From assembly GCA_000025185.1 (NCBI GenBank), contig CP001848.1, forward strand, positions 4,440,001 through 4,472,000: DNA of 32,000 nt, read 5' to 3'. The position numbers and the translations under genes were made by a program. Source of the DNA: Pirellula staleyi DSM 6068. GTDB taxonomy: Bacteria; Planctomycetota; Planctomycetia; Pirellulales; Pirellulaceae. Under the pieces are notes generated by a model. The model did no database searches. It saw nothing but the letters and a program-made list of their open reading frames with translations, and had not been told where the DNA came from. Positions 15,762-25,243 of the stretch are shown piece after piece. How positions within the stretch are numbered: the first letter of the stretch is position 1; each line of letters begins with the position of its first letter.

Positions 15762-18700
15762 TCAGAACTTGCGAAGCCGAATTCGTAATTCGGCCGCCCG
15801 TTCGGGTTGTCCGGCTTTCACCAGCAAATCCACCAGCGGAACCATCTCTATCTTCAGCCAATTTCGATTGCCTGCGGCCGACATACATCGTTCCACGAGT
15901 TCGACCGACTCTTCACCTCGTAGGCCGCCTGCCCAACCCAGATCATTGGACTGCGTCCCTGCTTCCTGCCACTGGACGACTCGCTCCACCGAGCATCGAC
16001 AGAGTTTCGCAAACGCATGTTCCGTCGACTCGCTAACCACGACTCCTGGTTGCCTTTTTTCGTCGCCAAGTTTAGGAGTATTCGTCCCCGAGATGAGATC
16101 CTTCAGCGTGAAGTGCAGATCGCAAAACGCACCCAAATTCCCGCGTCTCAGGATCGTCTCGATCACAGACACGAGTTTGAGAAATAGAGTCGTACGCTCG
16201 TTGGCATTCGGTTCATCTTCAACGACAGAGCAGATCGCATCCAATGGTAATAGCTCACTGCCATCGACGACCTCGGAATCGAACGGCCAACGATCGACGA
16301 CTTCCCCGACTAAATGTAGCCATGCCTCGTAGGCACTCTTGGTCTTGTCCTCGACTTCGTTTAGTGCTTCTCGCGCTCCGATCAACACACCGCGCAGAAA
16401 GTGCTTCAGAGTCGATGGTTCGGGCCAGTTGTCGGCGAGTGATAGATCCAGCAGCTTGCCGATCTCGGCAAAGGATTCACGGCTATCGGGCAGGGTTTGG
16501 ACGATTCGTGCGCGCCCCAGAAGCTGTGCGATCTGCCCCAGCGAGTCGTCGTGCCCACCGAGCTTGACACGTACCAACAAATCGCCGAGCTCCGGTGCCG
16601 AACGCGACTCCGCGATCCACAGAAGATGGTCGACGGCGTAACGCACGACAGCCGCATTCGGTTCCGTTCGGACAATCTCGGCCAGCAACTTCTCCAACTC
16701 AGGATATGTAACGAAGTACCAAGTCTCCAGAGATGCGAGGATGGTGGCTCTGGAAAAGGGCGGCCAATCTGACCATCGGCCACAGACTGCCGCCTCCAGT
16801 CTCGCCTGGAACTCGGAGAACGGTGGCTGATGCGCGCTCGCCAGCACGCTATTCACAAAATTTGCCGCCCGCATAAAGATATCGTTTGAACTCCAGGTCA
16901 ATTGCCCATCCGGGATCCTTTCCGTGTGTGACGCGGGGCAGGGCCCAAGAAGTGACTCGATGGCCACTTCTAGCATCTCACGCCACCAAGGTGTGTATTC
17001 GTTGAGCAGTTTCTCCCAGGCAGAGGGTTGCAGGAGCGACCTTGGCGCTTCGAGTTGGGAGACCATGTAATTTCGCAGCGCATGTACCAGTTCGCTGCAC
17101 CAGCTAAGTGTCGTCGCCAACCACGCCTCTGTTTTCGCTTCTTGCCTTGCAAGCACGTGGACCAGAGCTTCGCTCCGTGCGATCGTTCCGGCATCCACTC
17201 CGCTGCCTGCTGCAACTTTGGCCTCCGCAGCGTTCCGCCGCTCGCCTAGGAGCCGAATCCGTTTGTCATCCTCGGCATGCGGCCAACCCATCTCGTGACG
17301 TGGCTGGGAGGAGATGAGACCATGACCAGTCCTGAACAACGGCTCGGTTCGCAGATCGATGGGTTCGCGGAGTTTCCCTTCAGTTTCTGCAACCTGCACT
17401 AGTCCCAGTTCGTCGGCAGAGAGATTCCCCCAATCGCGAAGGTCCGAAAGCTCGCGAAGTCGAATTCGCGGTGACAGCGAAGAGCTCCGAATTGCGCTTA
17501 CAACTCGTTCCCGATCTGCGGCGGCCAAGGTGGTGGGTAGCTGCCGCCGCAGTAGGCGACGCACATCGCTCAAGGACTCAAGATTCGTCACCCGAGCATC
17601 CGCGAGCAACTGTAAGCGCAGGGCGTCCTGCCAATCGCGTTTCTTCTCCGATGTATTGCCGGCATCGAGCAGCGAAAGCATGGGCAAGATAATGAGCGCA
17701 GCGAAGCGCGTGTCAAGCATCCCGTCGGTGAACGCCTGAAAACCTGTCGCGTCAGGCATAATTGCCAGCTCCGACAGTGCCAGGTCCAGTGCCGCACGAA
17801 CTCGCACCAGGGGCTTTTGGCAATCCCGCTCCGAGAACACACTCAGCTGTGGCTCTTCGTCAAACCTGGGAGAGAAATTCTTGTCAGACTCTTCTCCCAT
17901 TTCTTTTGCGATACTTAGCCGCGTGTCTTCGCCAACGCGCTGCCGGGCCACAATCAGCGCCGCCAGCAGTTCGATCGCAGTCCGTCCCCACGTCTCCAGA
18001 TGCAGAAGCAGGCCGGGGCTCTCAATCACCTTAAGTAGACTCCGCTCGAACGGAATCCTACGAGTGACGAGCGCTCCGGTGACAATTGAACCGCGCTCCG
18101 CGTCATCAATCCCCAAGGTTGCGCGAAAGACTTTGCAGGCCAAGTCTACGGCGCCGTCGGTCAGCAGGTTACCGATCAACTCCAGCAGTCTGCCAAAAGA
18201 ACACGAGTCGGAAGCGCTCGCCACTAAGATCAGCCACTCATCGATTCCCGGGTCGCCATAGGCCCTCGAAGCAACGATGGCATCCAAGAGCAGCCGAAAA
18301 GTCGATCTGGAACATGGGAGTTTCAATCTCCATCGGGCGAGTTCGCGCTTCACAAGTCGCTTTACGACGGCGGGTTCCCCCGCCCCCTCGGCCCGACAAA
18401 CCGTCAGTTCGTACTGTACGGCGGCAGTTTGCAATCGATCTCCCTGAGGCCCAAGAAAGCGTACATCCTGGAGACCCGCTACCTCTACGCTCCAGTGGGG
18501 AACTCGGAGACTCACGGCCAAAGTCAGTGCATCCGCCACGAGTGCATCGGATAATCCGCTCAGTGCTCCTGTGGTCGCCGGGCCTTCAAGCAACACAATG
18601 AGCGCCTCGCGCGCTAGTCCGTCGTTGAGCATCGCAAGCTCCGACAGGTATTCCGTCGTGGAGCCAGCGGTGTCATTTCCCATGACCCACTTGAGACCGG

Positions 18701-20579
18701 CGGCGGCGGCCGAGCGCGCGACATGATCCTCGGTGCACGCGGCGACAATGGTTCGTGAGAGCAAGATCGCATTCGGGGTGGCGATCCGCGCTAGCATGGT
18801 CTGAACGAGCGAATATTCTCGCAGCCAATCGTGACTCCAGGCGACGGCGGCCGCACCTTGCTCGCGGATCACCCCTTCCAGGAGCAACATTTCAATCCCC
18901 TGCGCTGTTTGTTCGTCCGCGCCTTGGCGTGATAGGAAGAGGTTGCCAGCTAAGGACTGATCGCCTAAGAACAACGCTGCCTTGCGCTTCGCTTCCTGGG
19001 ACACATCACTGCTCCCGACGGCCCGTTGTCCCGTGCTGACGCCACGCACGCGCCGTTGCCAAAACATTTCAATGACCTGGAAGGCTGTGACTTCGCCGCT
19101 CTGCGCCAACGGCATGTCTGTGGGTCCGACAATGTCTGCGTACAGTGACAACAGATAAAGATTCCGCAAAGCATCGATCAGCTGTGGATTCTTCGGGACG
19201 GGAAGTTTAACCTCAGAAAATGATTGCTCGACCTGCGAAATCGAAAGGAGTTCAAGGTCGACCTTATGCAGCGGGGCAATCGCCGTTTCCAACCATTCCT
19301 GTATCGCGAGAACTTCGCGTCGCACCGTGACCAGTACGGTTAGGTTCGGAAGGTCCGTCAGCGCGGCGAGGACTCGAATCCACTGCTGACTCAAGCTGGA
19401 CGGAATTTCGTCCAACCCGTCGATCGCGAGCCAAGTCGGGCCTAAGCCGCAAAGTAAGCAACTTAGCTGGAGCAACGAGTCGACTTGCACCTGGCCGAGA
19501 GCACGGGCCTCGACCCGAAGTGTGCGGCTGGCGTGTCGCCACTTGGCCTCTTCGTCAAACGCCAACTGGCTGGCCACGGTCTTTCCGCACCCCATGTTAG
19601 CGACGAAGCACTCGGAGCGGCTGGAATCGTACGTGGGAGCCCGCTCACTCAGCGACCATCGCGTGACGGGATTGCCCGGCAGGTTTCGCCAGACAATCCG
19701 TCCCGCTGGCCGAGTGAACCCGGACGCTGCAGAAAACGTCATCAAATCCCGCAGCACATCACCAACACTGTGCTCGACGGTGGCAGTCCCGATCGTCGCG
19801 ATAAACTCTGGCACAGTGAATTCAGCCTTTTTCTTCCCCACCACCTCTTCCGTCAGCACGCCCGTCACAAATTTCTGGACCGACGCCGCCGTGCCCGTGG
19901 CAAATACACCCGTCGAAAGCAGCTTGATGGATTGATCGAGTTCCTCGAACCGATGCCGGGCAATGCGCAGATTTGAAAGTAGCGTCTTGGCTTCTCCGGT
20001 TGTGCATGCCCGCGGCCATTTTGATTCTGGCGAGAGCGGTATGATCTTCTTCTTTCGCTTCGCCTTTGTTGCCTCCTTCTTTGAGACTTTCTCACCTGTG
20101 TAGTGGCACAATCGCCAAACGGCCTCTTGCAGTGCCGCCTTGCTCGACACCAATCGCTTAGGCAATGTCGCAGGGAGCCGATTCAAATCCACATCGCAAA
20201 CCGCAAGTGGAATCCCCTCCAAGTAGCCGAGAATGTTCGCCGTTTGCTTACCTGGATCGGTGACCCAGACCGGATGTATCCGGTCTGCCGCGGTTCCACC
20301 TGCAATCTCTCGCCGAAGCCGATCGTAAAAGGTCAGGCGATCCTCTTTCGTGATCGTAGTATTCTTACACTCATGGAGGTCCAATACTCCGTCAGAGTAC
20401 TCAAAGAGAATGTCCCATATAGGACCAACAACGCCACCTCGTCCCTCCACGACGAAACGTACCAACTTGGCATGGCCACCCACGATCTTCGCCGCATCCA
20501 AAGCGAGCTGGCTAAGGACACGGTGTTGCACGTAACGCTGCTGATAAACTAGCCCCAAAAGACTATCTTCGCCCGGCAT
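15762..20579 (-). CDS. STAND (NACHT-like) NTPase with N-terminal Cap4/DUF4297-like PD-(D/E)xK nuclease and ~1,100-aa helical C-terminal region (Avs-like)
   Basis: The N-terminus LLGLVYQQRYVQHRVL...VRFVVEGRGG...WDILFEY...LDLHECKNT shows a nuclease pattern (GxxYQ ... E ... D ... ExK). Walker A is FVANMGCGKTVAS (around 19576-19599) and Walker B is TWLAIDGLDEIP (around 19407-19427). The remainder is Leu/Ala-rich and repeat-like. Confidence 0.75.
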   Translation of the reverse strand: MPGEDSLLGLVYQQRYVQHRVLSQLALDAAKIVGGHAKLVRFVVEGRGGVVGPIWDILFEYSDGVLDLHECKNTTITKEDRLTFYDRLRREIAGGTAADRIHPVWVTDPGKQTANILGYLEGIPLAVCDVDLNRLPATLPKRLVSSKAALQEAVWRLCHYTGEKVSKKEATKAKRKKKIIPLSPESKWPRACTTGEAKTLLSNLRIARHRFEELDQSIKLLSTGVFATGTAASVQKFVTGVLTEEVVGKKKAEFTVPEFIATIGTATVEHSVGDVLRDLMTFSAASGFTRPAGRIVWRNLPGNPVTRWSLSERAPTYDSSRSECFVANMGCGKTVASQLAFDEEAKWRHASRTLRVEARALGQVQVDSLLQLSCLLCGLGPTWLAIDGLDEIPSSLSQQWIRVLAALTDLPNLTVLVTVRREVLAIQEWLETAIAPLHKVDLELLSISQVEQSFSEVKLPVPKNPQLIDALRNLYLLSLYADIVGPTDMPLAQSGEVTAFQVIEMFWQRRVRGVSTGQRAVGSSDVSQEAKRKAALFLGDQSLAGNLFLSRQGADEQTAQGIEMLLLEGVIREQGAAAVAWSHDWLREYSLVQTMLARIATPNAILLSRTIVAACTEDHVARSAAAAGLKWVMGNDTAGSTTEYLSELAMLNDGLAREALIVLLEGPATTGALSGLSDALVADALTLAVSLRVPHWSVEVAGLQDVRFLGPQGDRLQTAAVQYELTVCRAEGAGEPAVVKRLVKRELARWRLKLPCSRSTFRLLLDAIVASRAYGDPGIDEWLILVASASDSCSFGRLLELIGNLLTDGAVDLACKVFRATLGIDDAERGSIVTGALVTRRIPFERSLLKVIESPGLLLHLETWGRTAIELLAALIVARQRVGEDTRLSIAKEMGEESDKNFSPRFDEEPQLSVFSERDCQKPLVRVRAALDLALSELAIMPDATGFQAFTDGMLDTRFAALIILPMLSLLDAGNTSEKKRDWQDALRLQLLADARVTNLESLSDVRRLLRRQLPTTLAAADRERVVSAIRSSSLSPRIRLRELSDLRDWGNLSADELGLVQVAETEGKLREPIDLRTEPLFRTGHGLISSQPRHEMGWPHAEDDKRIRLLGERRNAAEAKVAAGSGVDAGTIARSEALVHVLARQEAKTEAWLATTLSWCSELVHALRNYMVSQLEAPRSLLQPSAWEKLLNEYTPWWREMLEVAIESLLGPCPASHTERIPDGQLTWSSNDIFMRAANFVNSVLASAHQPPFSEFQARLEAAVCGRWSDWPPFSRATILASLETWYFVTYPELEKLLAEIVRTEPNAAVVRYAVDHLLWIAESRSAPELGDLLVRVKLGGHDDSLGQIAQLLGRARIVQTLPDSRESFAEIGKLLDLSLADNWPEPSTLKHFLRGVLIGAREALNEVEDKTKSAYEAWLHLVGEVVDRWPFDSEVVDGSELLPLDAICSVVEDEPNANERTTLFLKLVSVIETILRRGNLGAFCDLHFTLKDLISGTNTPKLGDEKRQPGVVVSESTEHAFAKLCRCSVERVVQWQEAGTQSNDLGWAGGLRGEESVELVERCMSAAGNRNWLKIEMVPLVDLLVKAGQPERAAELRIRLRKF

Positions 20580-20595
20580 TCATTTTCTCCTGGAT

Positions 20596-21171
20596 GTGCC
20601 CACAAGATTCATCGGTTCGCAAATGCTAAAAATCTCGACCCCAGAGTACACGCCGCATAGCCACCGGAAAACGACGATTGGTGCGATTAAGGGCATTCGC
20701 TGCACGATGTCTGGTCCATCATGCACAAGTTGCAGAAATGAGTTGATGATGACTGAACTTAATCCGCTCGATGCAGTCGCTTTGCTCCGAGAGATTCGTA
20801 CCCATCTTCCCACGCCCGTGCGTGAAGAAATGCAACTTGATGGATCATTGGTTTTCGTTGGTGGCGATCCAGGCGAAGTCGTCGTGCGAGTACGAGGAAA
20901 CAAGGTGTCAGTGGCCGTCTTCGGTGTCGTCTGGAAGGGCCCGCACACGCCAGTAGTGCGCCCATCCTTAGTTGGCAGCCTGAACTGGAAGCGGCTTCCA
21001 GCTTCCCGGCTAACAATAGGACTTCACATTCTCCTAGAGTCAGCTCGCAAACTTCGCCTTGCAAAGTACCGCAAGTGCAAGCGATGCAGTGAAACCAGGC
21101 CGCCTGAGTGGATGCACGACGACAAGACGTGCCAATCGTGCGTTGAGAGGTTTTTGGGAATTGTTCACTGA
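20596..21171 (+). CDS. Hypothetical protein with C-terminal CxxC...CxxC zinc-ribbon-like motif
   Basis: The C-terminus reads KCKRCSETRPPEWMHDDKTCQSCVERF. The composition is protein-like. The start is uncertain: ATGs at 20707 and 20746 are more compatible with a divergent promoter for the STAND gene. The ORF competes with antisense ORFs. Confidence 0.4.
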   Translation: MPTRFIGSQMLKISTPEYTPHSHRKTTIGAIKGIRCTMSGPSCTSCRNELMMTELNPLDAVALLREIRTHLPTPVREEMQLDGSLVFVGGDPGEVVVRVRGNKVSVAVFGVVWKGPHTPVVRPSLVGSLNWKRLPASRLTIGLHILLESARKLRLAKYRKCKRCSETRPPEWMHDDKTCQSCVERFLGIVH

Positions 21172-21319
21172 ACACGCCCATGCTCAAAGATTCCATCGGC
21201 GATGAAAATGGAAAGCGATACCACGCTGCCTCGCCGCCGAAAGCACCGCCCGCCCACAGCTACCTTCACCGACGGGTAGACTCTAAGTCGGGGACGTTGG
21301 GAAGATTGATCGGCATGAT

Positions 21320-21631
21320 TTACCTGTGATAGCCAGCGATCACAGCGGCCACCACTTCATCGCGACCACCGAGCCAAGCGACCATTTGACAGACGATCCT
21401 GTTGAAGAACTTGATCAGATGACCGAACAGCCATTGAGGTTGGCGAACCTTATTGGAAAGGTTCGCAAGGTAAGCACCAAATTGCGATACTGCATCTGCT
21501 TGAGTCACGGCAAAGCTCCAAAGATTGAAGCTGCCGGAGCTGCGAGCACATAAACACGAGAGCACGCTCAGAGCAGCATAGGCTGTAAGGGTGCCCGCGA
21601 TCATCGTCGGGCTGGTGGGGCCGAGGCCCAA
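21320..21631 (-). CDS. Hypothetical small protein (possibly membrane-associated)
   Basis: This is ORF evidence only. The start in the ORF track is TTG, with an internal ATG near 21604. The hydrophobic N-terminus reads MIAGTLTAYAALSVLSCL. No motif was recognised. Confidence 0.25.
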   Translation of the reverse strand: MGLGPTSPTMIAGTLTAYAALSVLSCLCARSSGSFNLWSFAVTQADAVSQFGAYLANLSNKVRQPQWLFGHLIKFFNRIVCQMVAWLGGRDEVVAAVIAGYHR

Positions 21632-21841
21632 GTTCAGTTGTGAATATTAGCTAGCCGTGATCCGTTAAATCAAGCCGTAGTCAAGAACATAGCGGACAAG
21701 GTTACCCGCCAGCGACCTCAATAGAAGAAACATGTTTGCCACGCCGCTGGTGCCCCACGGCATTACAACCTCATCCCGCCTCTGGTCAGGCAGTGCGTTC
21801 CGATGTGCGTTTTTTCCCAGACAACCGTAGAGGAAGATTCG

Positions 21842-22615
21842 CTACGGCATGGGCGCGGCATTCGGATCAATAGCCAAAAGCAGTTTCTTTGCCGCTCCAA
21901 CCAAGATTGCCGAGGTTACGCTGTTGATGGTGTCCAAGTACCGCCTCGACCGCGCTTTGGTGCCCCTTAGCGATGAAGAAAGCGTGGCGCCATGGACCGT
22001 CCAATTCCGGAAAGCATAGATCAATGATGCCAAATCGAGGGTACTTAAGTTGCCAGCGGTGATGGCCAGCCCCAGTCTCTTTCCAACGCCCCGGTTCTGC
22101 TCATCGGGAGAGGTATACTTGTGGTAGATCACTTCCGCGACCGTAGGAATACCGGCTGTTTGCCAGGGGAAACTTTTGACGTTGACCGCCGTAGTAAGGA
22201 TCGAAATCAATGTCATGTGGGCTGCAGAAATTTCGGATTGGGTGAGTCTGGCAGAGTTAAGCATCATTCGAAATCTATCCAGCTCGCTCCTTGCGGCTTG
22301 GGCTGTCGGATCAAGGAGGGACAAAAGCGATGGGCGAGCGAACAGAGCGTTGAGGGCAATCCACATGTAGGTGAACCGCGTGGTCTCGCAAAGCTCGGTC
22401 GCACCCAACTTGCGGCCGTTCCGCTTTTGGCTAGAAGAGCCAAATCGCAATTCAGACAACAACCAAGCGCGGCGCGACCATTCAAACGCTATTCCGATCC
22501 CGACAACCTTTTCATATTGGACTGTCGTAAGGTTTGCCACTCCGCGAGATGCCTGAATCGCCTTTGCACAACCAGCCAAATTCGCTGTGGCAGACTCTAG
22601 GGATTTGTATACCAT
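21842..22615 (-). CDS. HEPN-domain protein (R-N-x3-H motif)
   Basis: LIYAFRNWTVHGA carries RNWTVH (21992-22009). The protein looks helical. It is the last gene of a co-oriented lower-GC cassette. Confidence 0.6.
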   Translation of the reverse strand: MVYKSLESATANLAGCAKAIQASRGVANLTTVQYEKVVGIGIAFEWSRRAWLLSELRFGSSSQKRNGRKLGATELCETTRFTYMWIALNALFARPSLLSLLDPTAQAARSELDRFRMMLNSARLTQSEISAAHMTLISILTTAVNVKSFPWQTAGIPTVAEVIYHKYTSPDEQNRGVGKRLGLAITAGNLSTLDLASLIYAFRNWTVHGATLSSSLRGTKARSRRYLDTINSVTSAILVGAAKKLLLAIDPNAAPMP

Positions 22616-22681
22616 AGTCGTTCAATGAAACTTTTTTGGTAGGTGTATACTGGGGGAATGACCACCAATAAGTCGGCAAAA

Positions 22682-23614
22682 TCAATTAAAGCAGGTCAAG
22701 CAAATGCGGTCTTCCGCGTCGAGTACATTTCCCTTGCAACCGCGCTTAGGGCACTTTTGTCGCACAACATCGTAGTTTCCTCGGCAAACAAAGCAGTGCA
22801 CAGTTATCGACGTTGGTGTGTTCGGCTGGAGCTGTGCTGTGTCCACAACAATATCCGAATCAGAATTCTCCAACTGGCAGTTGTAGCAACGATAGCGACG
22901 TTGCCGGGCATTAAATCCGAAGAATCGAAGACATTGTGCGGGTTCAAGCTCCTGAGTTGCATAAAGACACTCACGCGCGAGTCTGACTATGCAAGATCCG
23001 CCCCAATATGCGACGGAGCACGGCTCTGCATCAATGGCTTCCGCACGATGTGCAGTCCATTTATTTGGCCCTGTAAACACCTCAGAGATCTCGAGCACAT
23101 CCACGAGGACTTCGGTGGCAGTGAATCGAAGCGTTGGGTCCACGGTGTGCATGATCGTATTGCGACGCTTACGCAAGCGTTCATAAGTGCTCACAAAGGC
23201 GTCTAAAAGGCGAGGCGTGCAAAGTGTATTATGGGCGCGAATCAAGTCTTGAGCGTCGATTGTCTTGAATACGGAATAAGGAGTATCCACTTGGTTGCAT
23301 TTGCTAGGCCAATCACGAGGTGAACCGTCAATCAACAGGAATGGGCTGACTGCAGCGATGCGAGCCTTGATGAGGAACTCAATACCCTGCTGGAGTAGCG
23401 AAACAGCTGTTGACAGCGGTCGCTGTGCTGCTGCCCAATATTGGTCTGGGACTGTGTCTTTGTCGTCCCTATCGAAGTAGTCGGCCTCGTCCAAGTTAAG
23501 GCCAAGATCGATTGCTGTCTGCCATGCGAGATTCAAGTATCCAATCCCAGCAACATGGAAATCATCGCTTGTAGGTATGTCTGTGATCACATTCGGCCGC
23601 AATTCTAAAAACAT
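22682..23614 (-). CDS. HEPN-domain protein with C-terminal multi-Cys zinc-ribbon region
   Basis: LLQQGIEFLIKARIAAVSPFLL ... YERLRKRRNTIMHTV carries RNTIMH (23147-23164). The C-terminus has paired cysteines: CYNCQ...CFVCRGNYDVVRQKCPKRGCKG...CLTC. Confidence 0.6.
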   Translation of the reverse strand: MFLELRPNVITDIPTSDDFHVAGIGYLNLAWQTAIDLGLNLDEADYFDRDDKDTVPDQYWAAAQRPLSTAVSLLQQGIEFLIKARIAAVSPFLLIDGSPRDWPSKCNQVDTPYSVFKTIDAQDLIRAHNTLCTPRLLDAFVSTYERLRKRRNTIMHTVDPTLRFTATEVLVDVLEISEVFTGPNKWTAHRAEAIDAEPCSVAYWGGSCIVRLARECLYATQELEPAQCLRFFGFNARQRRYRCYNCQLENSDSDIVVDTAQLQPNTPTSITVHCFVCRGNYDVVRQKCPKRGCKGNVLDAEDRICLTCFN

Positions 23615-23886
23615 TTTCTAAATAAACAGGATCCATTTTCACCAACAAGATTTACTATCCTGCACAGGTCATTCTTGATGTCAACGAAAATCTGAGAAAA
23701 CAGCGGAACATCAAGTTGAATCTTGGTTTCTCGAATTTCCGTTGTATGTGGGTAACCACTGATTTTCTCAATCCAGAAAGCTAACTCGCACGTATAGGCG
23801 TCAGCACGAACCGTCCGCTCTTCTTGCGCCACTTGACCCCAGTTAACATCCCACACTTCGGGCGGTGCCTCTTTCATTCTTGCCAA
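23605..23886 (-). CDS. Small hypothetical protein, first gene of the HEPN cassette
   Basis: The ORF overlaps the next gene's start by 10 nt. The likely start is ATG 23877 (MKEAPPEVWDVNW...) rather than TTG 23886. The 3' end is very AT-rich; I hand-counted 31% GC for 23601-23700. Confidence 0.4.
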   Translation of the reverse strand: MARMKEAPPEVWDVNWGQVAQEERTVRADAYTCELAFWIEKISGYPHTTEIRETKIQLDVPLFSQIFVDIKNDLCRIVNLVGENGSCLFRKCF

Positions 23887-23903
23887 CGCTTTCTAAACGT
23901 CTA

Positions 23904-24086
23904 TCATCGCTCCACTCCCTTCGTCTTAATCTTCGTTTTCCGGCTCGCACTCACACTCACGTAATACGTCCCATCGCTCCCGATTCGCACGACTGGCTTG
24001 TGCTTGCAGCCGCTCACTGTCACCCGATCACCGGGTCGGCAACGATGCACCTTCCCCCCACCCCCCCGCCGTTTTTCCGTGGCCAT
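23904..24086 (-). CDS. Small hypothetical protein
   Basis: This is ORF evidence only (60 aa, basic, with a Gly run encoded by the C-rich tract 24055-24070). Confidence 0.25.
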   Translation of the reverse strand: MATEKRRGGGGKVHRCRPGDRVTVSGCKHKPVVRIGSDGTYYVSVSASRKTKIKTKGVER

Positions 24087-24095
24087 TCTGGGCTC

Positions 24096-24326
24096 CTATA
24101 GCTTCCGTTCGATTTCCTTCAATAGCCGCCTTCTCATAGCGGCCTCGCGTGTTCTTCGTTTGGCTTCTCGCTGCTCGGATTCCTCAATCAGTTGCAGCAC
24201 CTTTAGCAGTACAGCTCGCTTACCTTGATTCGCGGCCTGGCGATCGATCAGTCGCGGATGCGAATTGTCGAGTCGGGCGAGCTCACGGCCGAGAAACTTC
24301 TTGAGGAGTTCAAAAGGGTCGGTCAT
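24096..24326 (-). CDS. Small hypothetical coiled-coil-like protein
   Basis: This is ORF evidence only, with a charged helical C-terminus (EESEQREAKRRTREAAMRRRLLKEIERKL). Confidence 0.35.
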   Translation of the reverse strand: MTDPFELLKKFLGRELARLDNSHPRLIDRQAANQGKRAVLLKVLQLIEESEQREAKRRTREAAMRRRLLKEIERKL

Positions 24327-24400
24327 GTTCGGCGCTTTCAGAAACAGCAGCTCCCGGCATCTCGGCCAGCTGCATCACAGCCCCTAGCACATCAGGTCGC

Positions 24401-24724
24401 TCACTTCTCCCACCTGGCAGCGTGTTCCACTGGCATGGCGCTGCGTACTGCTCGAGTGATCCGCTTCGTCTCCGCTCGGTCGAAGGCCTGCCACAACGGA
24501 TGCTCGGCATAAACCGGGAATGCCCAGGTCTCAGCGGTCTGGATTCCCTTGGTTTGCTCGCGTGGATTGAAGTGCATCAGCAGGAAAGTGATGGCGCCGA
24601 ACTTCGAACGTGTTAGTAGGTGCCGCAACTGTCGCCGCTTGAACTTGTCTTCGTCGAGTGCGAACGAGGCCTGCGAGCAGACTTTGCAGTCGAATACGAA
24701 CTGTCGTTCATGTGGCACGAGCAC
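24401..24724 (-). CDS. RecU/Hjc-like PD-(D/E)xK nuclease core, probably 5'-disrupted
   Basis: (LPDFEG)VLVPHERQFVFDCKVCSQASFALDEDKFKRRQLRHLLTRSKFGAITFLLMHF parallels the RecU pattern DY.G...FDAKeT....F.L....HQ...L....G..F.li.F. The nuclease Asp (PDFEG) lies upstream of the track start in the same frame. That frame hits a TAG at 24758-24760, and the likely N-terminus continues in another frame. Confidence 0.5.
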   Translation of the reverse strand: MLVPHERQFVFDCKVCSQASFALDEDKFKRRQLRHLLTRSKFGAITFLLMHFNPREQTKGIQTAETWAFPVYAEHPLWQAFDRAETKRITRAVRSAMPVEHAARWEK

Positions 24725-24973
24725 CCCTTCGAAGTCCGGCAGGCTCGAGACTGGCTGCTACTTGCTTTCGATGAAGACGCCTTGAACTCCCGGATGCGCA
24801 TGGCCTTGCCGCTACGATCCATCATCAGCTCCAGTTCTTGGATCTTTTGCTGTTCCTTGCCCCGACTCCGATCATCCACGTCACGCCGCCAGTGGAGACA
24901 AGCTTCCGCGATGCGAAGCTGGTATTCGTAGAGGTCGAACTGGAAGTTCTGCTCGCAGAAGAGAACGAACGCC

Positions 24974-25243
24974 CTAAGCGTTCGCTTCAGAGCTTCCTGC
25001 TTCTGTGCCGGTGTCAGATTCCGAATCGTCTCCAGCGTTGGGAGTGTCGCCCGTCAGAAGATGACTGGCAAGTGCCGTTGCACCGTCCTTTCTTACCTTC
25101 ACCGTTTCTTCGCGTTTCTCCTTCCAACCGAAATGGTTTTGCATGTTGAACTTCCAAGAAATGGCGTTGAAGCCTTTGATCTTGCCGTTCGATCCCTCGT
25201 TACCCATCCGTTCCCAATGGAATTGCCTTTTGCGACGAGCCAC
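24974..25243 (-). CDS. Hypothetical protein fragment (part of a decayed reading frame)
   Basis: The ORF starts at a GTG. The same frame is open upstream to an in-frame TGA, which is preceded by ATG 25438 (MAILSEDTN*SPKVLVRASFDPCPLRNVAHVEAGYSDECFPDCDPQTLRTYIKEFPVDFDTDATE-VARRKRQFHWERMG...). Confidence 0.3.
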   Translation of the reverse strand: MARRKRQFHWERMGNEGSNGKIKGFNAISWKFNMQNHFGWKEKREETVKVRKDGATALASHLLTGDTPNAGDDSESDTGTEAGSSEANA

